DNA from: Geosiphon pyriformis uo1
Lineage: Eukaryota > Fungi > Glomeromycota
Assembly: GCA_016748015.1 (NCBI GenBank)
Contig: JAAOMT010000515.1
Coordinates: 186,001-250,000 of the forward strand
DNA: 64,000 nt
Reading direction: 5' to 3'
Shown here: piece by piece, positions 42,381-56,070 of the stretch
Layout: every line of letters begins with the position of its first letter
How positions within the stretch are numbered: the stretch's first letter is position 1
Notes under the pieces: model-generated
Databases searched by the model: none
What the model was told of the DNA's origin: nothing
Seen by the model: the letters and a program-made list of their open reading frames with translations, nothing else
Position numbers and translations under genes: made by a program

Positions 42381-44006
42381 TTACATACCTTTATAGCTAT
42401 TCTGGAAATCGATTACCACCCTGGTCACTTGGAGGTGCCCAATCGCAAATTTCCATGGTTTTGGATGGTTCATCTTCCGAATATTGCCTCTTCCAGCATT
42501 ATAAGTTCTCAGAATAGACTCATATGGTTTCCAATTTATATCAATAGTAGTGTCGATGGTGATATAATGCAACATTGGCCTGCAGTTATCTAGAAAATCT
42601 CGAAAAGCTTCTGTTGACAATTCCCATTTATCGGAATTAAATTTAAAGTGTAGTCTTTTCAAGGATGTCGGTTTGACTTCGGCAAGCGTTGGCAAAAGGG
42701 TACGTAGGTCAAATGAATAGGAGACAATCACTAACTCTTCTAAACGCCAAAAGTTTTTCAAATATCGGAGTGGTATAAAGACTTCAGAAGAAGAATGAAC
42801 GAATAATGTCAGTTTTGAGATGTTGATACAATGAAGTAAAACGTTTGGATAAAAATAACGGTGTTCATCCGCACGAAGCACATCGACACCCAGGGAAACC
42901 TTGCGTAACGTTGATTGTGCTTTTTTGATTATTTTGGCTATTTCTCTAAATGGCAGCTCTTGAGTGTCTAGATGGGAGTTGAAATTTATGAATTCCAATT
43001 TTTCAAGAAAAGGAAATTGTGCTTTTGCTAATGGCCTGAGATGGGCACTGGTGATAGTAGAGCAATTTTGGAATTTTAAGGCAACTAAATTTTGACAAGC
43101 TGCCAATCCAAATAATGGGGGGCTATGACGCATTAAACAATTGTCTTTTATCTTGACGTATTTTAAAGAATTTGATTGTGTCGCAAGAAGTTCAAAAAGG
43201 GGTCCCGGATTTTGATGACCAATCATTATGAATTTTTCAAGAGCAATCTGACCAGTGAATAGTGTCCTGAAATTTTCGAAATTATCTACATTCTTCCCAT
43301 GGCATTTTATTGCCCGAAGGTTTCGGCTGAGGGCTGCAAAAGTTTGGAGTAAATCTGCTTTGAAATCTTGATTGTTAAATTCTAATCTTGGCAGAAATTT
43401 AAGGGATTGTTGACCTAGGTTTAATATCGAGGTCAGTGGTGGTAACATCTCTTCTAAATATGAAAACTCTTTGTCCAGATTGAGAAACTCAAGACCTTTT
43501 GATCGAGTCATGAAAAGTGACAAGAGAGCTTGAAAAAGATGCGCGTTTTGCAATTCAAATTGGCGTTTAGCTATATAGTCCCCTTCAATTTCAGTTAGAT
43601 TGCGCCACGCTTTAATGGATTCTCTTAATTCAATCATATCCAGTTCTTTCAAAAAACTCGGATAATCGAACGATGCTGGCTCATCAAAATAACCAGAGTT
43701 GCCTGCGATTCCACATAGATCTTTTTGCTCATAAGTTAGAAAGGAAAAATATATTGGCACCAATTTTGGAGATGGTTGTACAAACCGATGGAACGGTCGT
43801 TTCCATAAAAATTCGATTGCATTCTGACACCATACTCTATTGAGTAACACGCAAGAGTGAAGAGTTCTAATATCTTGGGAATCAATGTATCCCATAACAA
43901 TTTTGATTGCTACATCAGGAAAGAAAATTTTACTTTTTTTCTTAGCATTAGATAATTTCTTGAAATTTTTATATTCTTTCCGCCATTTCTTAATTTTTGA
44001 AAACAT
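42381..44006 (-). CDS. F-box / RNI-like leucine-rich repeat protein, intronless (541 aa)
   Basis: N-terminal F-box-like FPDVAIKIVMGYI..TLHSCVLLNRVWCQNAIEFLWKRPF, FDYPSFLKEL motif, then LxxLxL repeats. Lys-rich N-terminus. This family is expanded in Glomeromycota. Confidence 0.9.
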   Translation of the reverse strand: MFSKIKKWRKEYKNFKKLSNAKKKSKIFFPDVAIKIVMGYIDSQDIRTLHSCVLLNRVWCQNAIEFLWKRPFHRFVQPSPKLVPIYFSFLTYEQKDLCGIAGNSGYFDEPASFDYPSFLKELDMIELRESIKAWRNLTEIEGDYIAKRQFELQNAHLFQALLSLFMTRSKGLEFLNLDKEFSYLEEMLPPLTSILNLGQQSLKFLPRLEFNNQDFKADLLQTFAALSRNLRAIKCHGKNVDNFENFRTLFTGQIALEKFIMIGHQNPGPLFELLATQSNSLKYVKIKDNCLMRHSPPLFGLAACQNLVALKFQNCSTITSAHLRPLAKAQFPFLEKLEFINFNSHLDTQELPFREIAKIIKKAQSTLRKVSLGVDVLRADEHRYFYPNVLLHCINISKLTLFVHSSSEVFIPLRYLKNFWRLEELVIVSYSFDLRTLLPTLAEVKPTSLKRLHFKFNSDKWELSTEAFRDFLDNCRPMLHYITIDTTIDINWKPYESILRTYNAGRGNIRKMNHPKPWKFAIGHLQVTRVVIDFQNSYKGM

Positions 44007-45361
44007 TTTGGGTGGTGGGAATTTACAAGGACATCGAACAGTGTCAATTCAGTCTGGCATAACTTTGTCGTGATAGTTATTCTATTTTTCGGTCCCACCT
44101 TGTAGATAACGAGAGAATAAACAATAAATGTTTTACAAATTAATCATAAATATGCTCAAATTTGGCTGTTTCGGAAAATATTCGGTCATCAATGCGGCAT
44201 CTACCGTTTATTTTTCAAAGTTTTAGTTGTAATCATTGTTTAAGTCGATCAGTAAATAATTGAAATGCTTGGCAGTTATTCAAACAATTTATCAAAAATG
44301 AGATCAAAACTTTCTAAAAATTTTTTCGCAACACATTCAAAATTTTCTTGGAGACCAATGTTCTTGGAGTGCATTTGGAAATCCTAACTATTAAAATAAC
44401 ATACAACTCTGACATAATATTTTCTTGGACACATTTAGGCTGGATTAATCCGACCAATCGCTGAATATTTATTCCACAGCAATCAATAGTTGCATTAAAA
44501 GAATTTTTCGATAATTTTTAATCTGCAGGCAACCTACTAATTAACATTACGGAAAATCTCCCTTCAATGAGTAGTGCCAAATATTTGTGATGATTGGTAA
44601 CAAAAGAATTTTTTTTCAAAAGCTGAATTTCACCGTAATATTTTAATTCTTTATGAGAAATCAAATTACATGTGTAAACTGGAGCGGAAATTGCGCAATG
44701 AAGATTTTGCGATGTCGAGTTATTATTGATCGAATGAAACCTAAAACTTGCGACAAGGCAATTTCAGAATAAGTGTAGCAAAGCAATAACGTTTCCTTTG
44801 TTTTATGCCTAAAAACCTCTCGCATTTCGAATGATGTTTTTTAATATATTGCACATAATTTTTAAACATTGCCGAAATAAATAATTTTATAGCAACGGCT
44901 GGTGGAAGAAAATTTTTCTACGCAAAGCAAATCTCCGAAATCGTTCTCAATTTTTAATGGTCATCAAGAATTTCCTGATTGGAACCTACAAATATTTTTA
45001 AAATTACACGATAATCACTTTAATTAGACCCTTTTTGACACAAAATGACTTATAAATGTAGTTTTCATCCTGGTTTTCTCTTCACCAATTATGATGAAGT
45101 TAAGTTGGTCTTTATAATAAAATCCAAGTAAAGAGAGTTTTGGCAAACTTTATACATTTTCTTGATATAGAATCTTTTTAGGGAAAAAATGTTTTTTTAA
45201 CTTGCTATAAAACCAAAAATCCGATCTGAAGAAAATAATTCAATATTTTGATTCCTAAATTGTTGCACTTCTTGAAAAATCTTTACCTAAGGATGCTCTT
45301 TATAATCGGAGAAGCTAATGAGATCTTCAGATTCCTAGTTTTCGCCGCACTGTTTGAATGC

Positions 45362-46120
45362 TCATATTTTAATATCTAAAGCTCTTTCAATGTTTCTAAC
45401 AACGAATTCAGCCAAATTTTCCCGATTTTCTTTTTTCACTTCAATTATACTAATCCTTTTACCCCCTCTATCATCATCTTTTAAATCACCAAAGTTTCGA
45501 ATTTTTTCAGCCAAATTTCCTCCACCATGCTTCGTGACTGTGCCGAGGACAAAGCAAGCTTGTTGCTTCATTTTTTTATCCTGAGCAATCTCTAATGTTT
45601 GTCCAAAGAGAAGTTCCCAAGCAGCTTGTACGAAAGCGTTGGAAAAATTCTCCATTTTTCCGATTTCGTCAATAATGATTATAGACTTTGGAACATCTTG
45701 ACTGTTAATTGATTCCATCGAAGATTCAGATTTTGTTGGCTTTAAGAGCGGAATCACAATTTCTGGCCAGTTTTTAGTATCAATAAAGTAATCTTTGACA
45801 TTTGGAAAGTTTCGATATGGTGGGAAATTTGTAGGCCAGTATCCAGGTTTGCGAGCTAAGATGGTGCGCGTCGATTGTATATTGTTATCTGAAATTGTTA
45901 TTATATCAAACCCGATTCGTATATTTGTTGAAGTGATTGAAGACGAAGGGAACCTTTTCACTGAATTGGATTCAGTTACTTCTTCAGTGTAGAAACCACG
46001 AATTGTAAGTTTTGAGGATGGATATTTTGATTGAAATATTTTGATAACTTTTTTAATAAGTGTTGTTTTCCCAACTCCTGGCATTCCGGTTAGGAATATT
46101 GCATGTTGAGAGGAATTCAT
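45362..46120 (-). CDS. NTPCR: Nucleoside-triphosphatase (NTPase_1 / THEP1 family)
   Basis: IFLTGMPGVGKTTLI, GFYTEE, RIGFDII, IIIDEIGKME motifs. Likely start MNSSQH at 46120; the ORF extends to 46177. Confidence 0.88.
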   Translation of the reverse strand: MNSSQHAIFLTGMPGVGKTTLIKKVIKIFQSKYPSSKLTIRGFYTEEVTESNSVKRFPSSSITSTNIRIGFDIITISDNNIQSTRTILARKPGYWPTNFPPYRNFPNVKDYFIDTKNWPEIVIPLLKPTKSESSMESINSQDVPKSIIIIDEIGKMENFSNAFVQAAWELLFGQTLEIAQDKKMKQQACFVLGTVTKHGGGNLAEKIRNFGDLKDDDRGGKRISIIEVKKENRENLAEFVVRNIERALDIKI

Positions 46121-47089
46121 AGCTTTGTTTTGATATAAGGTGGTTAGTACATGCATATAAAAATTAAACAGAGCCATTTTTTCTTTATATGCAATGTTTC
46201 CGGCGATATAACTCTCAGTTGTGTTTGGTAATTATCAGTCAATCTACATATGACATTATGTAATATGTAAAGCTTGGCATTAATAGAGATGATTTTGAGG
46301 TTTCCTGTCTTTGTAGAGAACCTGGAGAGATAAGAAACCTTGATTAAATTTTTTCCAAAAATCATTAATTCTTAGTTCTAGTTTCCAATTATAAAATCTT
46401 TCTCATGAGCAAAAATATAAATAAATAATTCCATTTAAGAAAATTTTTACAATTCAGGAAATTAAGCTGTCTTTTGAACAAATTAAATTTTAAATTTTGG
46501 TTTCAAAAATAATTATACTTTTTGGCTCGAATATACAGAAAATAGGCAAAAAACTAGAATTCAAATTCATCTATTTGAATCTTTTTATCTTAGGCATAGT
46601 TTTATGTTGACTTTTATTCCCTATGTGGTACCTGGTCATTTTTACAGCTTAAACACTTGGCAAAAATTATAAAAAAATGCATATCACAGATATTCTCTAG
46701 GAATATGACATAATTAAATGAAAATACTAAGCATAAAAATTATGAAAAATCAACTATCATTTATATTTTTGGCAAAAACACTTTCTAGAAGGATTTCTTT
46801 TTAAAAATCTCAAGTTACCGTCTAATCTTGAATATATCATTTGCATTTACAAATCTGGAAGCTTTACTAATATATAATAAAAATGTAGTTACAATCATTA
46901 AGCAAATCATAATAAAGGATAAAAACCGATTTTCAAACTGACATAAGATAAAAATTACGATTAATGATATCAAATTGTTATCTGAATAATTTGCGTCGGC
47001 AATTATGCCAAATTCAGATTTCCATTCAACTTTTTATCCTTAACCAATCAATAATTGACTATAAGGACCAAAAACCTCTATTATCTCCA

Positions 47090-50000
47090 ATGGAATCTCA
47101 AACAGAGGATTTATTTTCTTCCCGAGCCTCGAGCGAATCCCATCCATCAGTTGCGTCCGCGCTCGAAACCTCATTATCATCGCAAGTATCAGTAAAATCC
47201 CGTCCCTCAAGAGCACTTCAGCACAAAAATTCATCTGATGTATCAACATCAATAGATTTAAATTCTTCAACTGCATCATGGGAGGGGGTATCAGATCGTA
47301 CTACCTCAATAAGCCAAAACGGAAATCGACACCCGACACCCAGAGCAAATCTTTCACACCAAAGAAGAAGAGCTCAGCAAAAAGAAAGAAGATCAAAACG
47401 AGTACCCTTTGAAATTGAGGATGAGGAACCTGTAATTTCGACTCCAACGACAGAAATGAAAACTGATCAAGAACAAACTACTGAGGAGGGTGAGAGCTCC
47501 TTGGAGGATGAAGATATATTGACAGGAAAAGTTAGTGAAAGTCACGCGAGATTTATGAATATTATTTTAAAGAGTATCATATTCTAATTGATTAAAAATT
47601 TTCGTATACAGATTGTTATGGCGGTTAGCTATAGACATCGCAAATTAGGATGTGCTTACTACAATGTTACCAATTCAACTTTATATTTGATGGAGGATGC
47701 GTACGAAGCTCCTCCTTACGATATTCTACATCTTTGTAAGTATTTAAATTATGTTTGGAGTATGTGCAAGGCTTTTATTAATGCTGAAATTGCATATATT
47801 CAAAGTGCGCTTTCAAATTATGCCCTCGGCGATTTTGACAAGTTCAAGGGCAGATGAAGAATTTATACAGGCATTGAAAGTTGCAGGTTAACAAGATTTT
47901 CACGAAATTTATCCTGAAGGTAATGGCAAATACTCAAGATAATGCAAATTCTCACGATTTTATAATATTAGATGAGCCCGGGACAGTTGAGACAATGGTT
48001 GAAATACGTCCTAGCGCTGAATTTGTTTGGGGATCAGCAAAAACGAAATTGTTGTCGATCAAATGTGCTCAAGCTTATGAAAATTCACCATCGCAGATTG
48101 AGGCCACTCGAAAAGAAATGTATTTAAAGTTGTCCAGTATTGTTGACATGGAGAGCGTTGAGACGGTAAAATCTTTGATATAATTTCTAGGTCTTTTTCA
48201 ATTTTTCAATTGTTTATTTTCTCAGGTGGGATGTGCTGGCTCTCTTATTACCTACCTCTCCAAGGCAAGAACTACGGGTGATTTACCAGAAGGCCAAGGT
48301 CTAGAAGTACTTTCTGTTGAGCAATTTTCGGTGTAAGTTAAATACAGAATTTCGAATTGCAGATTTTTTTACAGCTCTCCAATCAGTATTTTTCCCACAG
48401 AAAATCTTTTCTTCACGTAAACGCAGATGCACTTTGGTCAGTTTATATATTCCCTTTTTTTGAAAAAAATCTTTACCATAAGTCTTATTTTTCAGCCTTG
48501 TTTAATTTTTCTTTAGCTCTTTACAAATATTTGAAGATGAGACACATCCAAACATGCATATGCGCTCAAGAGCGAAAGAAGGATTATCTGTGTTTGGTAA
48601 ATATTCTCTCAATTATTTCTTTAAACTAATTTAAAAAGTTGATATTTTACTTGAGATATTTTGAGCAAGATTAAATTGTTCAAGTAAAAAATTATAGGGA
48701 TTCTTGATAACACGCGTACTACATTTGGAAAAATTCTCTACAAGCAATGGTTCCTCCGGCCAACTCTTGATCTGGAGACTTTAAACGAGAGATATTTAAC
48801 TATTGAATGTTTAATTCAGCCGGAAAATCTACAAGTTTCTGACCAATTGGCGGCGTGTCTAAAGCATTTAAAAAACGTTCCTAAAATCCTGGCCAATATG
48901 AAGATGACATTGAATATGACCGAGTGGCAATCCCTCTTAAAGGTCGGTTTTTTTTAAATACCTAAAGATATTTTTGTCAAGAGACTCGATTTAAAATTGT
49001 AAAAAATAGTTTGCCTTCTTTGGCTTAAAAATTCGGAATCTCGCGCGAGAATTGAATCAATCAGAGGAAATACGAATTTTCAGAAAGGTAAGTAGCCTAA
49101 AAAGGGGAATACTTAAAGAACATGTCTCTAACATTGTTTTTTTTGGTCAACAAAAGATTAGGGAAATATTGGTTGTCAGTGACCTTAAAGATATTGGATC
49201 TTGCATCAACGACGTGGTCGGTGATACTTTTAAATTTTGACAATTTATTCTTCTATGCTTAAAGACGTAAAAATTTAGATTGATTTTGATGAGAGTGCTA
49301 CCGAAAGTCGTTGTGTTGTGAAGCCACACGTAGATGAGGCAAGTAGGTTTTAATCAGTTTGATTTAGAGAATAAAATAATAAAATATAAATTGAATTACA
49401 GGAGCTTGATGAAATGAAGAGAACTTACAATGGATTGGACAGCTTTTTGGTAAAGGTGTTCTTTTTCAAAGCAAAAGATCAAATTCTATATCTCAATTCA
49501 TTAATCATCCAGTCTGAAGTGGCACGTGAGATCGCCACTATGATCCCAACTGAATTTGCTTCCACGTTAAACGTCATTTACTTTCCTCAACTGGGATATC
49601 TCATTACTGTACCGTTAAAGCTTGAGTGGAAAGAAGAGGATGACTTCAAAATTGAGGGATTCTATTATCAAGTGAGTTTAACCTTGGAATGATTTATGCA
49701 AAAATTTGTTACTAATATTAATTTAAAATATATTTAGTTTAGTACAGAAACAACAGTTTATTACAAAAATGATCGAATGCGAGGTACGCTATAGATAGCT
49801 ACTGGTTTTCTTTTAACAATTATATTAAATTTTTTTCTTAAAGAACTTGATGAATATCTCGGTGACATTCATGGGCTTATTGTTGGTATGTTAAACAACC
49901 CTTTAAATCGCAGTTCAAATTCAAAAATTTAAGGATTTTGTAATGTCTTTTGGATAGATCGAGAAATAGAAATTATGCAAAGGCTTCAAGAACGAATTCT

Positions 50001-51791
50001 AGAATACTCAACATTACTTTGCAATTGTACTGGAGTTTGCGCAGAACTTGATTGGTTAAAAATTGCTTTGTTTTTGATCTGTGAAGCATCTTCAATTTAG
50101 TGTATCGTCCTCACTTTATTTAATTGTCAGCCTTCTCTCTTTGGCTGAATCTGCACGAAGATATAACTACTGCCGACCACAAATGACTGAAGAGAATATT
50201 TTAAAAATTACTAAGGGAAGGTAAACTTACGAAAATATAATTTAACTACCACGGGAAGACAGGCCTCCGGCCTGCCCGAAGCAATCGAGGATTTTTTCTC
50301 GAATCAGAATTTTAAGAAATTTCATATAAACCAGGCATCCGCTGCAAGAGCTTTGCGTTGATGTTTTTGTCACTAATGATACCTACATTGTTGGGGGTAA
50401 GGGGGTTAATAAAGATGAAGATCTAGAAGATGCCCCAACTTCTGAGATGGATGAAGAAACTGATAATTCAACATCGGGAGGTCGAGATATAAATTACAGT
50501 GATGAGAAAAGTGTAATGTTGCTCAGTGGAGCAAATTATTCTGGGAAGAGTGTCTATCTGAAGCAGATTGCAGTTATTGTATTTATGGCTCATATTGGAA
50601 GGTCAGTTAACATTCAAAGCTCAAAGACTTGAAAGGCGTTAGTTTAATTTAAGGATAATATTCCATTTTTCAGCTTTGTTCCAGCGGAAACTGCGATCAT
50701 TGGCTTGACAGACAAAATATTGACGCGAGTACAGACGCGAGAAACAATTTCAAGAGTCAGTTTTTTCGATAGCGATATTTATTTTGCTTTAAAGTTCTAA
50801 CTTTAACCATTTTCCAATAGATTCAAAGTGCCTTCATGATTGACTTACAGCAAATATCTATGGCACTACGTAGCTGCACATCCCGTTCGTTACTTATATT
50901 CGATGAGTTTGGAAAGGGAACGGGGTCGACAGGTGAGTTTAATTTTCGGAAATAAATGTCCAGCTTTAGAACTTTGATATTTTATTTATTTTCGTATACC
51001 GTTCAATCTAATACTCCCAGACGGGGCAGGTTTATTCTGCGGAGTGATCGAACACTTGTTAAAACGTGGTCGAGAATGCCCAAAGGTGATCGCAGCCACA
51101 CATTTCCATGGTATTATTTATAAGTTTCACTTTGCTCCTTAATCTGAAGACTGGAATGTGGAAAATAAATCAAATAGTCCCGATTCAGATTCAACTTTAC
51201 TGTTGGCTATTTGACTAGAAATTTTCGAAAACGATCTTCTTTCTCCTAGCCTTCCAATTACGCTTGGAACAATGGAAATTATTAGGGATGACAATGATGG
51301 CGAATTAACATTTCTGTATAGGTCAGCGATAAAGTTTGATTTTGTATATATATTTTAACTTAATTTATTTTTCCTACAAGAACTAATCCAGAGCACTCAT
51401 GATAAATTATTTGATATACCAGACTGGTGCCTGGTAGGAGTACTTCCTCATGGGGAAGCTTTTGTGCTACCATGGCTGGTGTCCCTGCACATGTAGTTCA
51501 AAGAGGTATAAGAAAATCATAATTACTTTGTTTTTTTAGAACTTTATTCATACCACAAAATCGCATTTTTTAGCGAACTATCTTTCCTCTCTTTTTGCAA
51601 AGTACGAATCGATTCCACCACCTTTCGCAGACGAACGTGAACGAAGAACTTATGCGATATGTGAACAGGTTTCTCGAAGATTTGTTGAATTGAATTTTGG
51701 CAATGAAAATGAAATGATGGAAGAGGATAGCGATATAGACACAGAAATCGAGTCATTCTTTGATTGGGTTGGACGAGAGGCAAATCTTTGA
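47090..51791 (+). CDS. MSH5: Meiotic MutS homologue 5, about 24 exons
   Basis: [123 protein letters not shown]..SSWG. Splicing about 23 introns keeps the frame to TGA at 51789-51791. Confidence 0.95.
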
Positions 51792-52089
51792 TTCATTGAT
51801 AGTCTAATTGCCATGTAAAAATCATGTTATCGTAATGTTAATCTGAGAAAGTCCAAATCTCATTTCATGGTAATAATATTTGCAAATTTCAAAGCATGAA
51901 TATATACTTGAAATAATTTATACCGCTGCATAAATGTTGTGATATATCTTGTGAATTTTGCGATTTTAAATGTCACACAAAATTAGGAGGATTTTTCTCG
52001 AGATAAATAATGAGAATGAATATTTTTACGCGATATCTGTAATAAAGGTAACTTTTTTCATTAAAACTTTTAATATCGAGAAATAAATG

Positions 52090-52960
52090 TCTACCAATGG
52101 GTGCCATAACCCTTTATATTTATGACTTTTTGGCATCGAGTCAATAAAATGAAGAATTATCCATAATAGAATAGCGTTCCATGTAGTAATGACTGCCGCC
52201 TTCAAGTCACCTTCTGTTCGTGGCTTTCGGTTCTGTGAATCGAATTTTTAACTTCCCTGCACATATTTTCTATTGGACCAAGATCTTGGGATTGTGAACG
52301 CCATTCCAAAGTCACAATTTCAAAATTATCTTGGAGTACTTTCACAAACTTGCACTTGTGAATTGGAGAGTTATCTTCATAGAATATTGGTTATTTGGTG
52401 GTCATAATCATTGGATAAAACTATATCCAATATATACCTCATCAGTCATGCGTGAGGGGGGTGGGAATCAAATGATTCAACCCTTGTCTACTAATACACA
52501 TGATAAGTTTACGCCAACTTTTAACAGTTGCACGCGTTTTATCAGCTCACTTTTATGACACCATACATGAAATTTCCCACAAGAATCGGTGCTTATAGAA
52601 GATTCGTCTGTGCAAAGAACACGTTCCCAATCATCTTTGTAGGTTTCAGTCCAATTTAACCATTTAATTGGGTTTAGTTTAGTAATCATTGGTTTGTTAC
52701 ACATTATAAAGGTTTTCTAATGGACCAAAGAGTTTTATCAACAATAAGTTTTCGACCACTATAATTTCTTTTTAAATAATCAGTATTTTTTATTAATTAA
52801 TTATAATTGCTTAAGACAATCTTTTAGCACAATTAACGAACCACCCCATAATGCGGGGAATTTTTTGGCGCGGACATACCCTCTTTTTTGAATATTTTTA
52901 CCGTGTAACATTTTGTGTTTATATAAGATCTTTTTGGCGACCATTTGTGTATACAATTGA
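52090..52960 (-). mobile_element. Tc1/mariner (DD34E) transposase pseudogene
   Basis: WERVLCTDESS (D1, about 52600); FYEDNSPIH (D2) followed after exactly 34 residues by E in WRSQSQDLGPIE (consensus WPxQSPDLNPIE); SMPK motif near 52135. Stops and frameshifts present; TIRs not found. Confidence 0.85.
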
Positions 52961-54361
52961 AATTTTCAAGTAACTTTTTAATTACGAATGCAATTTTAAG
53001 GTTATTAGTATTACTGCAATCTTTAATATTCTTTCCGATCCTCTTAATTCTGTGTGTGAAATTAATTCACCATCTCGTTTGTTCAGTGCTGATTTTTCGG
53101 TTTTCCAGGTTAAAAAGTTTTTTTAGGAATTAAAACAAAATTTTTTTAATATAAATTTCATAACGGAATTTTTTTTAACTAATTATTCAAATTCAGAAGT
53201 TTACTAATTTTTCATAAGCATTGGGGAAATTAACAAGATTTGATAGCATCAAAGAGTTGCAGTCATTTAAATCATTTTGTACCATTCTTCTCATTTTCCA
53301 ATAATAATTTGCTGTTTCAAAATTATATTTAAAAAGTAAATTTTTTTTCATGTTTGACACATTTTTTCATCTGATTTACAAAAGGTTTGTAACATTATCG
53401 TTTTGGAAATTTTATAAAGATAAAAACTAATTTACGTTTCTTTTCATTTATTATTTGTGGTCTCATTATAATTTTAATTACCTTTAATCAGAAGTTATTT
53501 TTATTTGTTTCACAATTCTATTTATGCATGAAAATATAGTTAGTTGTATTATTTATCGGTTCGGTTTTTTGTACAGTAACTATCAAAAGGAATATTTTTG
53601 TTTTATAGCCATCCCAGCTATATGAAAATTTTTTTCGGCTTGTACTAAATTGATAAGGTAGTAAGCTGTGTTAAATTTATAATCAAATCTGTAATATATT
53701 TGCAGCAAATTCGAAGATTGTAAATTTATGAAATTATTTAAATGGAATGGCATAAAAGGTTATTCGTTTTTAGAAAGGCAAAAGATTATCTTCTAATAAA
53801 TTTTTAAGGGATTTTCTAATTTTAAGGGATTTTCAAATGAAATGTAACTCTTTTTTAATTTGCCGAGAAATGAATTTGTAGATTCCTTAAAAATTTAGAA
53901 AACCTTAATCAAAGTATGAAATCTTGGAATTTTCCATCATCGATACGCCAAACTTTTTAAGATTAATAATTTGCATAGTCCTTTTGATTCTTTTTTTTTT
54001 CTTTTTTTTTTGAAATTAAAAGTGTAAGAATTAATTATTTAATTTATTAATATCAACAAAAAGTCAGTTGTGTTTTATGTTTAACTTAATTTTTTTTTAA
54101 TTTCTTGAAACATTTGAACCATTATTTGAATTTTTTTTAATATTTTTAATAAAGTTATTAATTTTTTTTAACGATTTTTAAAATGACACAAATCTTGAAT
54201 ACATCTTTCGATGCTCTGAAAAAAGGGTAGAAAGCAGTGTGTTGCAAAACATATTGAGATTTATATTATACAAGGATACGTTATGATTTGGGGGTAAATA
54301 AAATGGAGTAAATAATAATTTTGTCGATTAAATTTAATGAAAATTAATTATAATTTTACCA

Positions 54362-54404
54362 GATATGAAAGCAACCGATATGAGAGCAACCGATATGAGC
54401 AACC
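54362..54404. repeat. 15-bp tandem repeat GATATGARAGCAACC, about 3 units
   Basis: gatatgaaagcaacc-gatatgagagcaacc-gatatgagcaacc, directly visible. Confidence 0.85.
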
Positions 54405-56070
54405 AATAAGTAAAAGATTTATTATTATCAGATTTATTAGTGTGAAAAGTTATCAGATGCTGTTCAAGGCAATTGCTAACCATCAATGGTTAACCAACGG
54501 AATTCATTTTTAGATTTCATTAAATGATTAAATGAATCAATTAAGGGAAAATCCAATTAGGGAAATCAAAAATAGCCCATTCTAGATTAATTTAATAATA
54601 GTCAACAAAAATGAATCAGCAATTCTCTAGCAGTCGAAGATCATTATTACTTTGCCCCTTAGTCTTTAATTATAGCAAGGATTTGTAATTTCTGAGAATT
54701 CAAAAAAAAAAATTGATGTTTGAATGTTTCATATTTTTTAAAACAATAATATGAATTATTCAATAAAATGAGCAGAAATTACAATATATATATATTAAAA
54801 AGTTAAAAATGAGATGCATTGATGCATTAATATGTTTGTATTAATATTTAAGGGTTTTGTAATACCAAAAAATTTTTGTGATATTGTCCTAGAGTTTGTA
54901 GCAGTAGTTATTATCAGGAATGTATGAATCTCAAAAAACTTGCATTTTGATTTAGCCAGATAAGGTAGTAGTATGCATAAGGGCTTCGAAGTCTAAAAGT
55001 CTAAATTAAATTTGGCTACAGGTGCCATATTACCTTTTGAATTTTTGATGACTGATTGTATTAAATGGGGGTTTACAAAATAAAATAATAAGGAATTTTT
55101 GAATTTGTATTTTAAATAAGGATAATAAAATCAAAAAACGGGGGAAGGGGGGGTAATGTAAATTCATTGAAAAAATATTTGACCTTTTTCAAATGCGCCT
55201 GATTTATTGAAACTAGAATTTCTAAGAAAGAAAAACCTAAAAAATAACAGAGAGCTATCATTTTTGAGTGACAGGACGTCATTATCTAGCTTTAAAACGC
55301 CAGGTTTGATAAAAATAGATATCTTGTGATAAATATTTCACAAAAAAACTTAAAAAAATGATGACACAATAAAGACAAAAAGAAATATTGTTTAACTTAA
55401 TTTATGATTTTTATTTTCAACGCTTAATTCAAATCAGATAATCTTAATTTGCAGATCGGCTTCTCCATTTTTTTTTTTTAAAAAAAAACTTATTTTATTG
55501 ATGAAAAATATGTTTACCCTTTTTAATTCAATAGCTGATTTCTCAACTTATTTAATTGATTAACCTCTTTTCTTAAATACGAGTTTTGTACATGATTAAC
55601 GCTCTATTAAAATTATTTAGGAACATCCAAAACTTCAGAATCATTAACATCGATCGAAATTTTGATGATAAATCAATTGTTATCATAATATTATTTTATA
55701 TCATGAAAAGAAAAACTTTACAATCATTGAAAGCAAGATAATATGGAACTTCACAATATTTCGGAAATCATCTCGGAAATTCTTTCCGTCAACCGAATTG
55801 AGCCCGCCATTTTCTGTCCCCTCAAAATATGAATCGAGAATTTCTCATCTGGTGTGGTGAAAATTTTTTCTCTTGAATTTTTGTAATCACGCTATAAAGT
55901 GGAATTTTAATTGCGTAACATAATCAATTTTGAGTTATACTTTAAGGAATAACTTGTGAAACCATGTCAAATACGCGCATTATCAATCTTTCTAGAATTT
56001 TTGACAATAAAAGGAGTTCTCATTGTTGTTTGAAAAGTAAATTGCATTTATCCTTTTAACCATAGAGAAC

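Noticed and set aside
51900-53600. Terminal inverted repeats for the Tc1 relic
   Set aside because: No convincing TA-flanked inverted pair found by eye.
54362-54404. Possible CRISPR-like array
   Set aside because: Direct tandem units without unique spacers, eukaryotic context, no cas genes.
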